64,000 bases of DNA, from the NCBI GenBank assembly GCA_963724765.1, contig CAVRVY010000001.1:1367148-1431147 (forward strand), written 5' to 3'. Each line of letters starts with the position of its first letter. Position 1 is the stretch's first letter. The notes under the pieces were generated by a model. The model made no database searches, was not told where the DNA came from, and worked only from the letters and a program-made list of their open reading frames with translations. This DNA comes from an uncultured delta proteobacterium. Its GTDB lineage: Bacteria > Desulfobacterota > Binatia > Binatales > Binataceae. Both the position numbers and the translations under genes were made by a program. This document shows, piece by piece, positions 9,346 through 19,393 of this stretch.

Positions 9346-9730
9346 CAATAGTAGCATATTTTGCTTTAACTTGGCAAGCTTAGGCTCAATTACGCATTCA
9401 GACTGCTATCTTCCATTCAAAAGGACAGCTTGGGAGGCCTGCACTCCGAATGACAGGCCATCGATGGCCTACGAACAGAAACGAACGTCTCGGGTCCTAC
9501 GTCGTCCGAGCGGTCTCCCAGCTCGCCATTGATTTCACAATTTCCTCACTCGACCGCAGCGACCGGCTGTGTTCAGTTTTTGTATGACGAGGCCGGCGGC
9601 TTGAATCCCACGCCTTTGAATGTGTCGGCAGGTTACCTAAGAGACTTACGCGGTGCATAATTATGATCGCACGTTGATCACGTCGTAACGACTTGCCCGG
9701 CGCGAGCCTTTTATCCAAGGAGCGATAGCA

Positions 9731-10747
9731 ATGCAGATGGGTATGATCGGTCTGGGCAGGATGGGCGCCAACATGGTGCGGCGGCTCCTGCGTGGTGGGC
9801 ATCAGTGCGTGGTCTTCGACGTCAGTCCTGACGCGGTGAAGGCGATCGCCAAAGAGGGCGCAATCGGCGCATCCTCGCTCGATGACTTCGGGGCGAAGCT
9901 CACAAAGCCGCGAGTCGCCTGGATGATGGTGCCGGCGGCGGTGGTGGAAAAGACGCTTGCGGATCTCGCGGCGCACTTCGAGCCGGGCGACATCCTGGTC
10001 GACGGCGGCAACTCCTACTACGTCGATGACCTCCGCCGCGCCAAGACGCTGCGCGCCAAGGGCATCCACTATGTCGATTCCGGCACCAGCGGTGGCGTAT
10101 GGGGATTGGAGCGCGGCTTCTGCCAGATGATCGGCGGCGAGGCCGAGGTCATCAAACACCTCGATCCGATTTTCGCCACGCTCGCGCCGCCACTCGATTC
10201 AGCGCCGCGCACTCCCGGACGCGAGAAGGCCGCACCGGGCACCGCCGAGCACGGCTACCTGCACTGCGGACCCAATGGCGCCGGCCACTTCGTCAAAATG
10301 GTACACAACGGAATCGAGTACGGGTTGATGGCGGCGTATGCGGAGGGGATGAACATCCTGCGCCGCGCCAACGTCGGCAAGCAGCAGCACGTGGCCGACG
10401 CAGAGACCACGCCGCTGCGCGATCCCGAACTGTACCAGTACAATTTCAATCTCGCCGACATTGCCGAGGTCTGGCGCCGCGGCAGCGTCATCGCTTCGTG
10501 GCTGCTCGATCTCACGGCCGACGCGATGGCGGGCGATCCGGAGCTGAAGAAGTTCACCGGCCGGGTCTCAGATTCGGGTGAGGGACGCTGGACGGTGGAC
10601 GCGGCGATCGACGAGGGGGTGCCAGCGCCGGTCCTGACGGCGGCCTTGTACGAGCGCTTCAGTTCGCGCGGCGCGGCCGACTTCGCCGACAAACTGCTCT
10701 CCGCGATGCGCTACGAGTTCGGCGGGCACCTGGAGAAAAAGTCATGA
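9731..10747 (+). CDS. gnd: 6-phosphogluconate dehydrogenase (decarboxylating, short YqeC type)
   Basis: [53 protein letters not shown]. Confidence 0.95.
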   Translation: MQMGMIGLGRMGANMVRRLLRGGHQCVVFDVSPDAVKAIAKEGAIGASSLDDFGAKLTKPRVAWMMVPAAVVEKTLADLAAHFEPGDILVDGGNSYYVDDLRRAKTLRAKGIHYVDSGTSGGVWGLERGFCQMIGGEAEVIKHLDPIFATLAPPLDSAPRTPGREKAAPGTAEHGYLHCGPNGAGHFVKMVHNGIEYGLMAAYAEGMNILRRANVGKQQHVADAETTPLRDPELYQYNFNLADIAEVWRRGSVIASWLLDLTADAMAGDPELKKFTGRVSDSGEGRWTVDAAIDEGVPAPVLTAALYERFSSRGAADFADKLLSAMRYEFGGHLEKKS

Positions 10748-12120
10748 GCGGCAGTGCGCCGCGCTCGGATGCGCTGGCGTTTTTTGGCGCCACCGGCGAC
10801 CTCGCATACAAGAAAATCTTCCCGGCGCTGCATGCGATGGCGCGACGCGGCCATCTGGAGTTTCCGGTGATCGGCGTGGCGAAGTCGGGCTGGAATCTCG
10901 ATCAGCTTCGCGCACGCGCGCGCGAGAGTATCGAAAAGCACGGCGGCGGTGTCAACGACGAAGCCTTCGCGCGGCTGCTGAAGCGCCTCCGCTACATTGA
11001 CGGCGACTATCAGGACGCGGCGACCTACACGGCGCTGCTCAAGGCGATGGACGGCGCGGAGCGCCCGGCGCACTACCTGGCGATTCCGCCGAGCCTCTTT
11101 GCAACCGTGATCAAGAATCTCGGCAGTTCAGGATGCGCGCGCAATGGGCGCGTTATCGTCGAGAAGCCCTTCGGACACGACTTGCCCTCGGCGCAGGCGC
11201 TCAACGTGACGCTGCACACGGTGTTCGACGAATCCCGGGTGTTTCGAATCGACCATTACCTGGGCAAGGAGCCGGTGCAGAACCTGGTCCTGTTCCGATT
11301 CGCCAATTCCTTTCTTGAGCCGATCTGGAATCGGCGCTACGTCAAGAGCGTGCAGATCACGATGGCCGAGAGTTTCGGGGTGCAGGGCCGCGGCGCCTTT
11401 TACGACGCCAACGGCGCGATCCGCGACGTGGTGCAGAACCATCTGCTCCAGGTCGTGGCGTACCTGGCGATGGAGCCGCCGCTGACCACCTATCCCGAAT
11501 CGATCCAGGACGAGAAGGTCAAGGTCTTCCGCTCGATCCTGCCGCTGAATCCGGATGACATGGTGCGCGGACAATTCAGCGGCTACCTCAAGGAGCCGGG
11601 CGTGAAGCCGGGCTCGACGGTCGAAACTTTCGCCGCCGTGCGGTTGCATATCGACTCATGGCGATGGGACGGCGTGCCGTTCTTCATCCGCGCCGGCAAA
11701 TGCATGCCGGTGACCGCCACCGAGGTGTTGGTCACGCTCAAGCGGCCGCCGCTGCGCAAGCTCCGTCCGGAGGATTCGAACTACTATCGTTTCCGGCTCG
11801 GCCCCGACGTGATAATCGCCGTCGGCGCGCAGGTCAAGCGTCCCGGCGAGCACATGGATCCCGAACCAACCGAGCTCAAGCTCGTGCAGCGGCCCGAAGG
11901 CGAAGAGATGGATGCCTACGAGCGTCTGCTGGGTGACGCGATGGCTGGCGACCACTTGCTGTTCACGCGCCAGGATGCGGTCGAGTCGCAATGGGCGATC
12001 GTTCAGCCGGTTCTGGGCGACGTTACTCCGGCACTGGAGTATCAGCCGGGCACCTGGGGGCCGGCCAAAGCCGAGCAGTTGACCTCGGAGGTCGATGGCT
12101 GGCACAACCCACCCGCATAG
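10744..12120 (+). CDS. zwf: Glucose-6-phosphate 1-dehydrogenase
   Basis: [31 protein letters not shown]; ATGA overlap with gnd. Confidence 0.96.
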   Translation: MSGSAPRSDALAFFGATGDLAYKKIFPALHAMARRGHLEFPVIGVAKSGWNLDQLRARARESIEKHGGGVNDEAFARLLKRLRYIDGDYQDAATYTALLKAMDGAERPAHYLAIPPSLFATVIKNLGSSGCARNGRVIVEKPFGHDLPSAQALNVTLHTVFDESRVFRIDHYLGKEPVQNLVLFRFANSFLEPIWNRRYVKSVQITMAESFGVQGRGAFYDANGAIRDVVQNHLLQVVAYLAMEPPLTTYPESIQDEKVKVFRSILPLNPDDMVRGQFSGYLKEPGVKPGSTVETFAAVRLHIDSWRWDGVPFFIRAGKCMPVTATEVLVTLKRPPLRKLRPEDSNYYRFRLGPDVIIAVGAQVKRPGEHMDPEPTELKLVQRPEGEEMDAYERLLGDAMAGDHLLFTRQDAVESQWAIVQPVLGDVTPALEYQPGTWGPAKAEQLTSEVDGWHNPPA

Positions 12121-12222
12121 GTTGATGAATGTATAACCGCTCGGTTTATGCCGATCTCAGTTTAAGCCGAGCCTGCGCGCCATGCGCGTGGAGTGAGGCG
12201 CAAGAGAAGTCAGGAGAAAATT

Positions 12223-13308
12223 ATGAAAGCGACACAAATACTGCATGAGGCCGGCCAGAGCCTCTGGCTGGACAACATCACGCGCGCGCTGCTGGTCGGC
12301 GGCGGGCTCAAACGCTATATCGACGAGTTATCGATCACGGGCCTGACCTCGAATCCGAGCATCTTCGACCAGGCGATCAAGAACAGTAACGACTACGACG
12401 CGGCCATCCGGGAGAAGACCGCCGCACGCAAGGAGGGCGAGGCGCTGTTCTTCGAGCTCGCGCTCGAGGACCTCACGCGCGCCGCCGATCTCTTTCGTCC
12501 GCTCCACGACAAGACCAACGGGGTCGACGGATGGGTCTCGCTCGAAATTTCGCCCAAGCTCGCCTACGACACCGCGGGCAGCATCGCGGCCGCGAAGCAG
12601 TTGTCCGCGCGCGGCGCACGCCCGAACCTGTTCATGAAAATTCCCGGGACTCGCGAGGGCATCCCGGCGATAGAAGAAGCTATCTTCGCTGGCGTGCCGA
12701 TCAACGTAACGCTGCTTTTCTCGCGCGAGCAATACGTCGCGGCCGCCGAAGCCTATATCCGCGGCATCGAGCGCCGTCTCGCGGCCGGCCTCAATCCGCA
12801 CGTCGGTTCGGTCGCCTCGGTGTTCGTCAGCCGATGGGACGTCGCGGCGGCGAAGAAAGTGCCGCCGGCTTTGCACGACCGCCTCGGCATCGCGATGGCC
12901 AAACGGATCTACAAGGCCTACCGCGAGTTGCTCGCCTCCGACCGCTGGCTCAGACTGCTCAACTTCGGCGCCCGCTCGCAGCGGCTGCTATGGGCCAGCA
13001 CCGGCACCAAGGATCCCAAGGCTTCCGACGTGCTCTACGTGAAGTCACTGGCGGCGCCGCATACGGTCAACACTATGCCCGAGAATACTCTGAAGGCGCT
13101 TGCCGACCACGGCGAGGTTGGCGCGATGATGGCGCACGATGGCGGCAACGCGGAGGCCGAGCTGGCCGAGTTCACCAGGGCTGGAGTCGATATCGACGCG
13201 CTGGCCGAGCAGCTTCAGCGCGAAGGCGCGGACGCTTTCGTCAAGTCATGGGAAGACCTTCTGGTCTGCATCACGAACAAGAGCGCGGCGCTCAAAAAGG
13301 CGAGCTGA
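12223..13308 (+). CDS. tal: Transaldolase
   Basis: [40 protein letters not shown]; AGGAG RBS before ATG at 12223. Confidence 0.95.
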   Translation: MKATQILHEAGQSLWLDNITRALLVGGGLKRYIDELSITGLTSNPSIFDQAIKNSNDYDAAIREKTAARKEGEALFFELALEDLTRAADLFRPLHDKTNGVDGWVSLEISPKLAYDTAGSIAAAKQLSARGARPNLFMKIPGTREGIPAIEEAIFAGVPINVTLLFSREQYVAAAEAYIRGIERRLAAGLNPHVGSVASVFVSRWDVAAAKKVPPALHDRLGIAMAKRIYKAYRELLASDRWLRLLNFGARSQRLLWASTGTKDPKASDVLYVKSLAAPHTVNTMPENTLKALADHGEVGAMMAHDGGNAEAELAEFTRAGVDIDALAEQLQREGADAFVKSWEDLLVCITNKSAALKKAS

Positions 13309-13328
13309 TCGCGAAGGGGAACGGACCG

Positions 13329-14972
13329 ATGGAGACCAAAACCGCGCCGCTCACCGGACGGCCTGCCTGGAAGGCTCTGAGTGAGCATTACCAGAAGATT
13401 CGCGACATTCATCTGCGCACGCTCTTCAGCGAAGACCCGAAACGCGGCGCGCGCTTCGCAGCCGAAGCCGCCGGGCTCTATCTCGACTACTCCAAGCATC
13501 GCATCACGGACGAGACGATGCGCCTGCTGCTGGCGCTGGCCGGGGAGGCGGGGCTGCGCGGGCGGATCGACGCAATGTTCGCGGGTGAGAAGATCAACGT
13601 CACCGAGCGGCGCGCCGTTTTGCACGTGGCGCTGCGCGCGCCGCGCGGCGCGTCGATCATGACCGACGGCAAGAATGTGGTGCCCGAGGTTCACGAGGTG
13701 CTTGAGCGGATGGCGGCCTTCAGCCGCCGCGTGCGCGACGGTTCGTGGACGGGCCACACCGGCAAGCGCATCCGCAACGTCATCAATATTGGAATCGGCG
13801 GCTCGGACCTCGGGCCGGTGATGGCCTACGAGGCGCTGCGCCACTACAGCGATCGCAATCTCACCGTGCGCTTCGTCTCCAACGTCGATGGCACCGACTT
13901 CGTCGAGGCGACGCGCGACCTCGACGCGGCCGAAACGCTATTCATCATCTCCTCGAAGACCTTCACCACGCTCGAGACCATGACCAACGCGCACAGCGCG
14001 CGGAAGTGGAGTCTCGATGCGCTCGGCGACGAGAAGGCGATCGCGAAACATTTCGTCGCGGTCTCGACCAACGCCGCCGAGGTGACCAAGTTCGGCATCG
14101 ACGCGCAGAACATGTTCGGGTTCTGGGACTGGGTGGGCGGCCGTTACTCGATGGACTCGGCGATCGGGCTCTCGACGATGATCGCGGTCGGACAGGAGAA
14201 CTTTCGCGCGATGCTCAACGGGTTCCACGCGATCGACGAGCACTTCCGCACCGCGCCGTTCGAAAGCAACCTGCCGGTGATCATGGGGTTGCTCTCGATC
14301 TGGTACAACGATTTCTTCGGCGCGCAGACGGTCGGCGTCTTTCCATATGAGCAATATCTAAAGCGCTTTCCGGCCTACCTGCAGCAGCTCACGATGGAAT
14401 CCAACGGCAAGCATGTGACGCTCGACGCCGCGGCCGTCGACTATCAGACCGGGCCGATTTTCTGGGGCGAGCCGGGAACCAATGGGCAGCATTCGTTCTA
14501 CCAGTTGATTCATCAGGGCACGAAGCTCATCCCCTGCGACTTCATCGCGTTTTACCGCTCGCTCAATCCGCTCGGGCGCCATCACGATATGCTGCTCGCC
14601 AACGTCTTCGCCCAGGGCGAGGCGCTCGCCTTCGGCAAGACTCCCGAGCAGGTCAAGGCCGAGGGTACGCCCGACTGGCTGGTGCCGCATCGCGTGTTCG
14701 AGGGCAATCGCCCCTCCACGACGATTCTGGCCGAGCAGCTGACGCCCGAGACGCTGGGCAAGCTGGTGGCGCTCTACGAGCACAGCGTGTTCACCCAGGG
14801 CGCGATCTGGGGCATCGACTCGTTCGACCAATGGGGCGTCGAGCTGGGCAAGGTGCTGGCCCAACGAATCATCCCCGAGCTGGAAAGCGCCGGCGCGCCG
14901 CAACTCAAACACGACAGCTCGACCAACGCGTTGATCGCGCGCTACCGGGAGCATCGACAAAAGAGCGGATGA
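13329..14972 (+). CDS. pgi: Glucose-6-phosphate isomerase
   Basis: [40 protein letters not shown]; real start METKT at 13329. Confidence 0.96.
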   Translation: METKTAPLTGRPAWKALSEHYQKIRDIHLRTLFSEDPKRGARFAAEAAGLYLDYSKHRITDETMRLLLALAGEAGLRGRIDAMFAGEKINVTERRAVLHVALRAPRGASIMTDGKNVVPEVHEVLERMAAFSRRVRDGSWTGHTGKRIRNVINIGIGGSDLGPVMAYEALRHYSDRNLTVRFVSNVDGTDFVEATRDLDAAETLFIISSKTFTTLETMTNAHSARKWSLDALGDEKAIAKHFVAVSTNAAEVTKFGIDAQNMFGFWDWVGGRYSMDSAIGLSTMIAVGQENFRAMLNGFHAIDEHFRTAPFESNLPVIMGLLSIWYNDFFGAQTVGVFPYEQYLKRFPAYLQQLTMESNGKHVTLDAAAVDYQTGPIFWGEPGTNGQHSFYQLIHQGTKLIPCDFIAFYRSLNPLGRHHDMLLANVFAQGEALAFGKTPEQVKAEGTPDWLVPHRVFEGNRPSTTILAEQLTPETLGKLVALYEHSVFTQGAIWGIDSFDQWGVELGKVLAQRIIPELESAGAPQLKHDSSTNALIARYREHRQKSG

Positions 14973-15568
14973 AACTGCCCCGCAGTTTCTACGCCCGTCC
15001 GGTGTTGGTGGTAGCGCGCGAATGTATCGGGATGATGCTGGTGCATCGCACGGCCGAGGGCGAGGCGGCAGGCCGCATCGTTGAAACCGAGGCGTATCGT
15101 GGGCCGCTCGACCTCGCGGCGCACAGCGCGCGCGGACTTACCAAACGGACCGCGGTGATGTTCGGGCCGCCGGGCTACGCCTACGTCTATTTTATTTACG
15201 GATTGAGTTGGGCGATGAACATCATCGCAGCCACCGAGGGCGAGCCGCACGGGGTTTTGATCCGGGCACTCGAACCGGTTCGCGGATTGGAGCTGATGGT
15301 GCGCCGGCGCGGCGGCGGGAAATCTCCCGGCGCTCGCGAGTTGACCAATGGCCCGGGCAAGCTGACGCAGGCGCTCGGGATAACCGGCGAGGACTACGGA
15401 CGCGACCTTTGCGGCGACCGGCTTTTCCTGGAAGAGGCCGATCGGCGGGTCGGAAGAGTAGGGCGCTCGGCGCGTATCAACGTGGATTACGCCGGCGCGT
15501 GGGCCACGAAGCGATGGCGATTTTACGAACGCGGCAATCGCTACGTATCGGTCCGCCCGCGTGACTGA
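14969..15568 (+). CDS. mpg: DNA-3-methyladenine glycosylase (AAG/MPG family)
   Basis: [44 protein letters not shown]; ATGA overlap with pgi. Confidence 0.92.
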   Translation: MKLPRSFYARPVLVVARECIGMMLVHRTAEGEAAGRIVETEAYRGPLDLAAHSARGLTKRTAVMFGPPGYAYVYFIYGLSWAMNIIAATEGEPHGVLIRALEPVRGLELMVRRRGGGKSPGARELTNGPGKLTQALGITGEDYGRDLCGDRLFLEEADRRVGRVGRSARINVDYAGAWATKRWRFYERGNRYVSVRPRD

Positions 15569-15631
15569 CGCGTCGGCGATGCAGTCTGGACAGACCGCGC
15601 GCGTCTGCTAGTTTGTTGAGACTCCGGTCGC

Positions 15632-15708
15632 GCGCCCGTAGCTCAACTGGACAGAGCATCGGACTTCGGATCCGAGGGTTGGGGGTTCGACTCCCTTCGG
15701 GCGCGCCA
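15632..15708 (+). tRNA. tRNA-Arg (anticodon TCG)
   Basis: GCGCCCG/CGGGCGC acceptor stem, D-arm AGCTCAACTGGACAGAGC, anticodon stem TCGGA/TCCGA with loop CT-TCG-GA, GGTTCGACTCC T-arm, encoded CCA. Confidence 0.95.
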
Positions 15709-15842
15709 ATAATTTCCGGATGCTGGGCTCGCCTTTTCGTTGGACGCGTTCCATGTATCGTCCTCTTGCAGACGAGAGATCTCTCAGTTTCGCACGGACT
15801 CCTGCTGCCAATCGGTGCTTCTGGCACCTTAAAAACAGCCGG

Positions 15843-16328
15843 CTATTTAGCGGCCACGAGCCATACCAGAACGAGCAGACCAGTCACGAACACAATCGTC
15901 GCGGCGTTGTCTGCTAACCATCGAAGCCGCTTAGCCCGCCGACGACGCTGTTTGAGAGTAGCGGCGAACTTGCGATTCGCCTTATGCAGGTCGGCTTCGG
16001 TGATAGGTCCAGGAGCGAAAAGAACAACGTGCTTGCGGCTGCGGTGATCGGACTTTCGAACAATGCCCGTCTCTCCCGCTAAGTCGCGTGGCGCCGCGGA
16101 CGGGCTTGCGGACGCAACCGGCTCAGTCTGAGGTCCGGCGCGAAGGGGGTCCGCGGACGGTTCACTGAAATCCTCTACGATCGCGTCACCCGCTCGTCGG
16201 ACTACACGACATTTGTCTGAGAAAAAACGACCGGCCAGCGGTGTGGACCGCATTGCCGATCGCGCGGTGGAAAACCATCGAAGCGCGCGTCGATCCCCCG
16301 TCTCTCGCCATGTTTTCTGCATTCTCAT
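15843..16328 (-). CDS. Hypothetical protein with C-terminal transmembrane anchor
   Basis: ORF ends in a basic stretch plus a hydrophobic helix (TIVFVTGLLVLVWLVAAK); start uncertain. Confidence 0.4.
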   Translation of the reverse strand: MRMQKTWRETGDRRALRWFSTARSAMRSTPLAGRFFSDKCRVVRRAGDAIVEDFSEPSADPLRAGPQTEPVASASPSAAPRDLAGETGIVRKSDHRSRKHVVLFAPGPITEADLHKANRKFAATLKQRRRRAKRLRWLADNAATIVFVTGLLVLVWLVAAK

Positions 16329-16684
16329 GCTAACCGGACGTAGAGCGTTTCAAGTTTGCGATTCGCTCAGGAGCTTCAGCGTACAGGCGTTTGACACTTG
16401 CGAAAACAGGGTCAGTGGATAAAGCAAAGCAAGCATAATCATGCATAATGCGAGAGGCCTTTGTTATCGGCTGCATTGAAGACGAAAATCCGGCATCCGA
16501 TTCGGTCCTCTTGCTGTGAATAACGAACTGCGCAGCAGCGCGCAGAGCGCTTTCAAATGCCGACGGCATGCCCGGTTTCTATAGATTATGCTGTCTAAGT
16601 AGGACTTTTATTAGGTGTTTAATCGGTTTGATACAATATCAAGCAGTTTGAGATGAAAATATGGACTTTACCGGTCAAGCAGAT

Positions 16685-16699
16685 TGGCACTCGACATGC
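16685..16699 (+). promoter_or_regulatory. Putative sigma54 promoter with upstream IHF-like site
   Basis: TGGCACTCGACATGC (GG-N10-GC); TATCAAGCAGTTT at 16637-16649 is a near match to the IHF consensus; AT-rich upstream DNA. Confidence 0.45.
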
Positions 16700-16845
16700 C
16701 TCATCGGATTGCGCTATCAAGGCGCGTTCTACCTCGCGCAATTGATGTCCGGTCGCGTCGCACCGCGACCGAATAATGATGAAGGGCTTAAATGCTGAAG
16801 ATATTAAGAAGACATCAGGGAGATATTAAGTTCAGGAGATACCGG

Positions 16846-17178
16846 ATGAAACTTCGAATGGTCCTTGCACTGGTTGCAACTGTGGCGGTCGTGGGAGCAG
16901 CGCCGGCCCGCGTGGCACACGCGCAGCCCTATGGACATCAGGGGTGGGGTGCCTACGACGAACATCACAGATGGCACGACGCCAATTGGTGGCACGTGCA
17001 TCGTCCCGGATGGGTGTGGCAGTATCATCCGGAATGGGTCCAACACTATCCGCAGTGGCGGCTCACTGATGGCGACTATGACAACCACCATCACTGGCAT
17101 GACCGCAACTGGTGGTACAAACATGATCCGAGATGGGTCGAGGCACATCACCCGCAATGGCAGCCGTGGCATAACTGA
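16846..17178 (+). CDS. Secreted His/Trp-rich two-repeat protein
   Basis: AGGAG RBS, Sec signal ending AHA, two copies of GxYDxHHxWHDxNWWxxHxPxWVxxxHPxW. Confidence 0.8.
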   Translation: MKLRMVLALVATVAVVGAAPARVAHAQPYGHQGWGAYDEHHRWHDANWWHVHRPGWVWQYHPEWVQHYPQWRLTDGDYDNHHHWHDRNWWYKHDPRWVEAHHPQWQPWHN

Positions 17179-17238
17179 CCGCCGCGACGGCCGCGATGAC
17201 GGACGCAGCTAAGTTGAACGCGGGATCGCGAATCGAGT

Positions 17239-17288
17239 TCAGCGAATCAACCATCATTGGTGGATTCGCTCGTTGGTTGATTCGCTGA
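17239..17288. terminator. Inverted repeat between convergent genes
   Basis: TCAGCGAATCAACCA...TGGTTGATTCGCTGA perfect 15-bp arms; a third partial copy (TGGTGGATTCGCT) lies in the loop. Confidence 0.6.
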
Positions 17289-17295
17289 TCGAGCT

Positions 17296-18165
17296 TCAGG
17301 AGTGACCGTGGCCACCGGACCGCGCCGCGATATGAGCTGGCGCGGGTCGGGATCCACTCATACGCATGGGCGCGAACGCCCTAGTCTGCGCGGCACGCCG
17401 GCGTCCGAGGGCTTGCATCTTCTCCGCGCGCGCCCGCTGCAGGTTCTGTTGTTGCGCCATATGCTGTCGTTCGCGCGCCTGTTGGTCGGTCAGGCGCCCG
17501 CGCGGCGCCGCATATCTCCCTTGATCGTTCTGGCGCTGCAGCGCCGCGGTCTGCTGGGTATGAGGATACTCGACATGGTCGTCGACGCGCGTCCAGTCGT
17601 CGTCAGGAGTGTCGCGGACCGCATCTAACTCGCGAGGTTCTTTGGCAACCGCCGCTTGCGTCTGCGCTTTCGTTTGATTGTTCGTCTCGTTGCCAGGAGT
17701 ATGTTTCCAGGCGCCGTGATGCTTGTTCGTGGGGATGATAATCCGGTTCACCCACAGAGCGTAAGGCGATCGATTCCCGTAGCCATTGTTGCCGCACCAG
17801 CCGGAACCGTACGGATACGGTAGCTGCTGGCCGGTTGGAAACCAGGCGTTGGTGCTCGGAGCGTTCCACCATTGCACGGCGCCTCGGCCCGTCCCTGCCG
17901 ACCATGATCCGCACGACCCCAGCCCGAGCCCATACCCTCCGGGGAGGTAGCCGAACGACAAGCCGTCGTTCTCCCCCCACCAATCGCTTTCGGTCAGGTC
18001 CAGCCTTGCGTCGGTCGAACTCTGGCCCTCGTCCTGAGCGCTGGACGCTGAGCCCGAGGATGCTTGGGCGGTCTCTTGCGGCTCCGCCGGATTTTGAGCG
18101 AACGCAGGCACCTTCATTATCAGGAGGAAGCCCGCGGCCGCGGCTAGAATCTTAAGTGTGCCCAT
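17296..18165 (-). CDS. Secreted hypothetical protein, G/W/Y-rich middle and Q/R-rich tail
   Basis: Signal peptide MGTLKILAAAAGFLLIMKVPAFA; low-complexity composition. Confidence 0.6.
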   Translation of the reverse strand: MGTLKILAAAAGFLLIMKVPAFAQNPAEPQETAQASSGSASSAQDEGQSSTDARLDLTESDWWGENDGLSFGYLPGGYGLGLGSCGSWSAGTGRGAVQWWNAPSTNAWFPTGQQLPYPYGSGWCGNNGYGNRSPYALWVNRIIIPTNKHHGAWKHTPGNETNNQTKAQTQAAVAKEPRELDAVRDTPDDDWTRVDDHVEYPHTQQTAALQRQNDQGRYAAPRGRLTDQQARERQHMAQQQNLQRARAEKMQALGRRRAAQTRAFAPMRMSGSRPAPAHIAARSGGHGHS

Positions 18166-18319
18166 CGTCGCTACCCCAGTGGCTGCATGCTTGTTCCCAT
18201 TGGAAGCTCCGCGATCTTGGCGCCGCATTCCCCTCCCCGCATTTGACGGTTTCCGTCCCGCAAACGTTTACATCGACGTCGCGTAGACGCGCCATATCTA
18301 TAAATAGCGCGTTTGTGAC

Positions 18320-19303
18320 TCATCGTCCAACGTGGCGCAGCACCTCGTTTGCCAGGCGGCGCGTGGTCTCGGGGGTGCCAGCCCCGAAGATGAATTGTCC
18401 GACGCCCCACTCGGCCGCGCGGCGGTTGAGTTCCTCGATACACTGCTGCGGCGTGCCGATTAGAAACAGCGCCGAGCGAGGCGCCTCGCGCGCCGGGATG
18501 CCGAACATCCGGCCGATCTCGCGTGCGCTGGCCTCGGCGGCGGCCACTGAATCCGTGAGCATCACCGAGAAGACCGCATTGCTGATCGTGATCGCGTTGG
18601 GGTCGCGGCCCAAACGTGCGGCCTCGGCGCGTACGAACCTGGCCCTCTCTCGAAACGCCGCATCGCCGACCTGGCTCATGTTTTTCAGGGTCAGCTTTGC
18701 CGATTTGCCGGTGTCCACGGCGATATTCGCGACATCGGCGTGCTTGGCCATCAGGCGCAGCGCTCCGCGGCCGCTGCCGCCGATGATGATTGGCGGATGA
18801 GGCCGCTGGAGCGGCTTGGGCCACAAAATCGCGTCCTTCAGCCGATAAAACTCGCCCTCGAAGGTCGTACGTTCTTCGGTCCACAGCGAACGAATACAGG
18901 TCAGCGACTCGTCGAGCATCCGCAGGCGCGTGGCGATATCCGGAAAACCAATCCCGGTCATCCGGAATTCGGTCTCGGTCCACCCTGCGCCCAGGCCGGC
19001 CACCAGGCGTCCGCCGCTCAGATGGTCGAGCGACATCAGGGCCTGCGCCGTCACTGCGGGATGGCGAAAGAGGTTGCATAGCACGAGGTGCCCGATTCGA
19101 ATCGTACGGGTCGCCTGCGCGGCGACCGCAGCCAGCAGGATCGCCTCGTGGGCGATAGCGTGCGGGTCGTATTCCCCGCCGGGCGGCTCGTGGACGAAAT
19201 GGTCGGGAAACACTACGAGGTGATAGCCGAGTTCCTCGGCGATCCGCGCTGACTCGCGCACGGTTTCGAGATCAATCTTGGCCAGAAACAGTCCGAAATC
19301 CAT
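18320..19303 (-). CDS. LLM-class (luciferase-like, probably F420-dependent) oxidoreductase
   Basis: FPDHF, IRIGHLVLCNLFRHPA, LDHLSGGRLVAGLGAGW, PKPLQRPHPPIIIGGSG; AAGGAG RBS. Confidence 0.9.
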   Translation of the reverse strand: MDFGLFLAKIDLETVRESARIAEELGYHLVVFPDHFVHEPPGGEYDPHAIAHEAILLAAVAAQATRTIRIGHLVLCNLFRHPAVTAQALMSLDHLSGGRLVAGLGAGWTETEFRMTGIGFPDIATRLRMLDESLTCIRSLWTEERTTFEGEFYRLKDAILWPKPLQRPHPPIIIGGSGRGALRLMAKHADVANIAVDTGKSAKLTLKNMSQVGDAAFRERARFVRAEAARLGRDPNAITISNAVFSVMLTDSVAAAEASAREIGRMFGIPAREAPRSALFLIGTPQQCIEELNRRAAEWGVGQFIFGAGTPETTRRLANEVLRHVGR

Positions 19304-19393
19304 CCCAAGCTCCTTTCGATGAATCGCGCAGTTTAGCACAACGCCGCAGCAGCGCATCGGCGCAACGGAAACCATCGATTTCGAGGGATATTG

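Noticed and set aside
12531-13328. 813-aa ORF suggesting an N-terminally extended Pgi or a Tal-Pgi fusion
   Set aside because: The extension is an alternative frame over the complete tal gene; Pgi homology starts at METKT (13329) with its own RBS
15709-18300. Prophage or ICE at tRNA-Arg
   Set aside because: No integrase, phage or conjugation genes, and no att duplication seen
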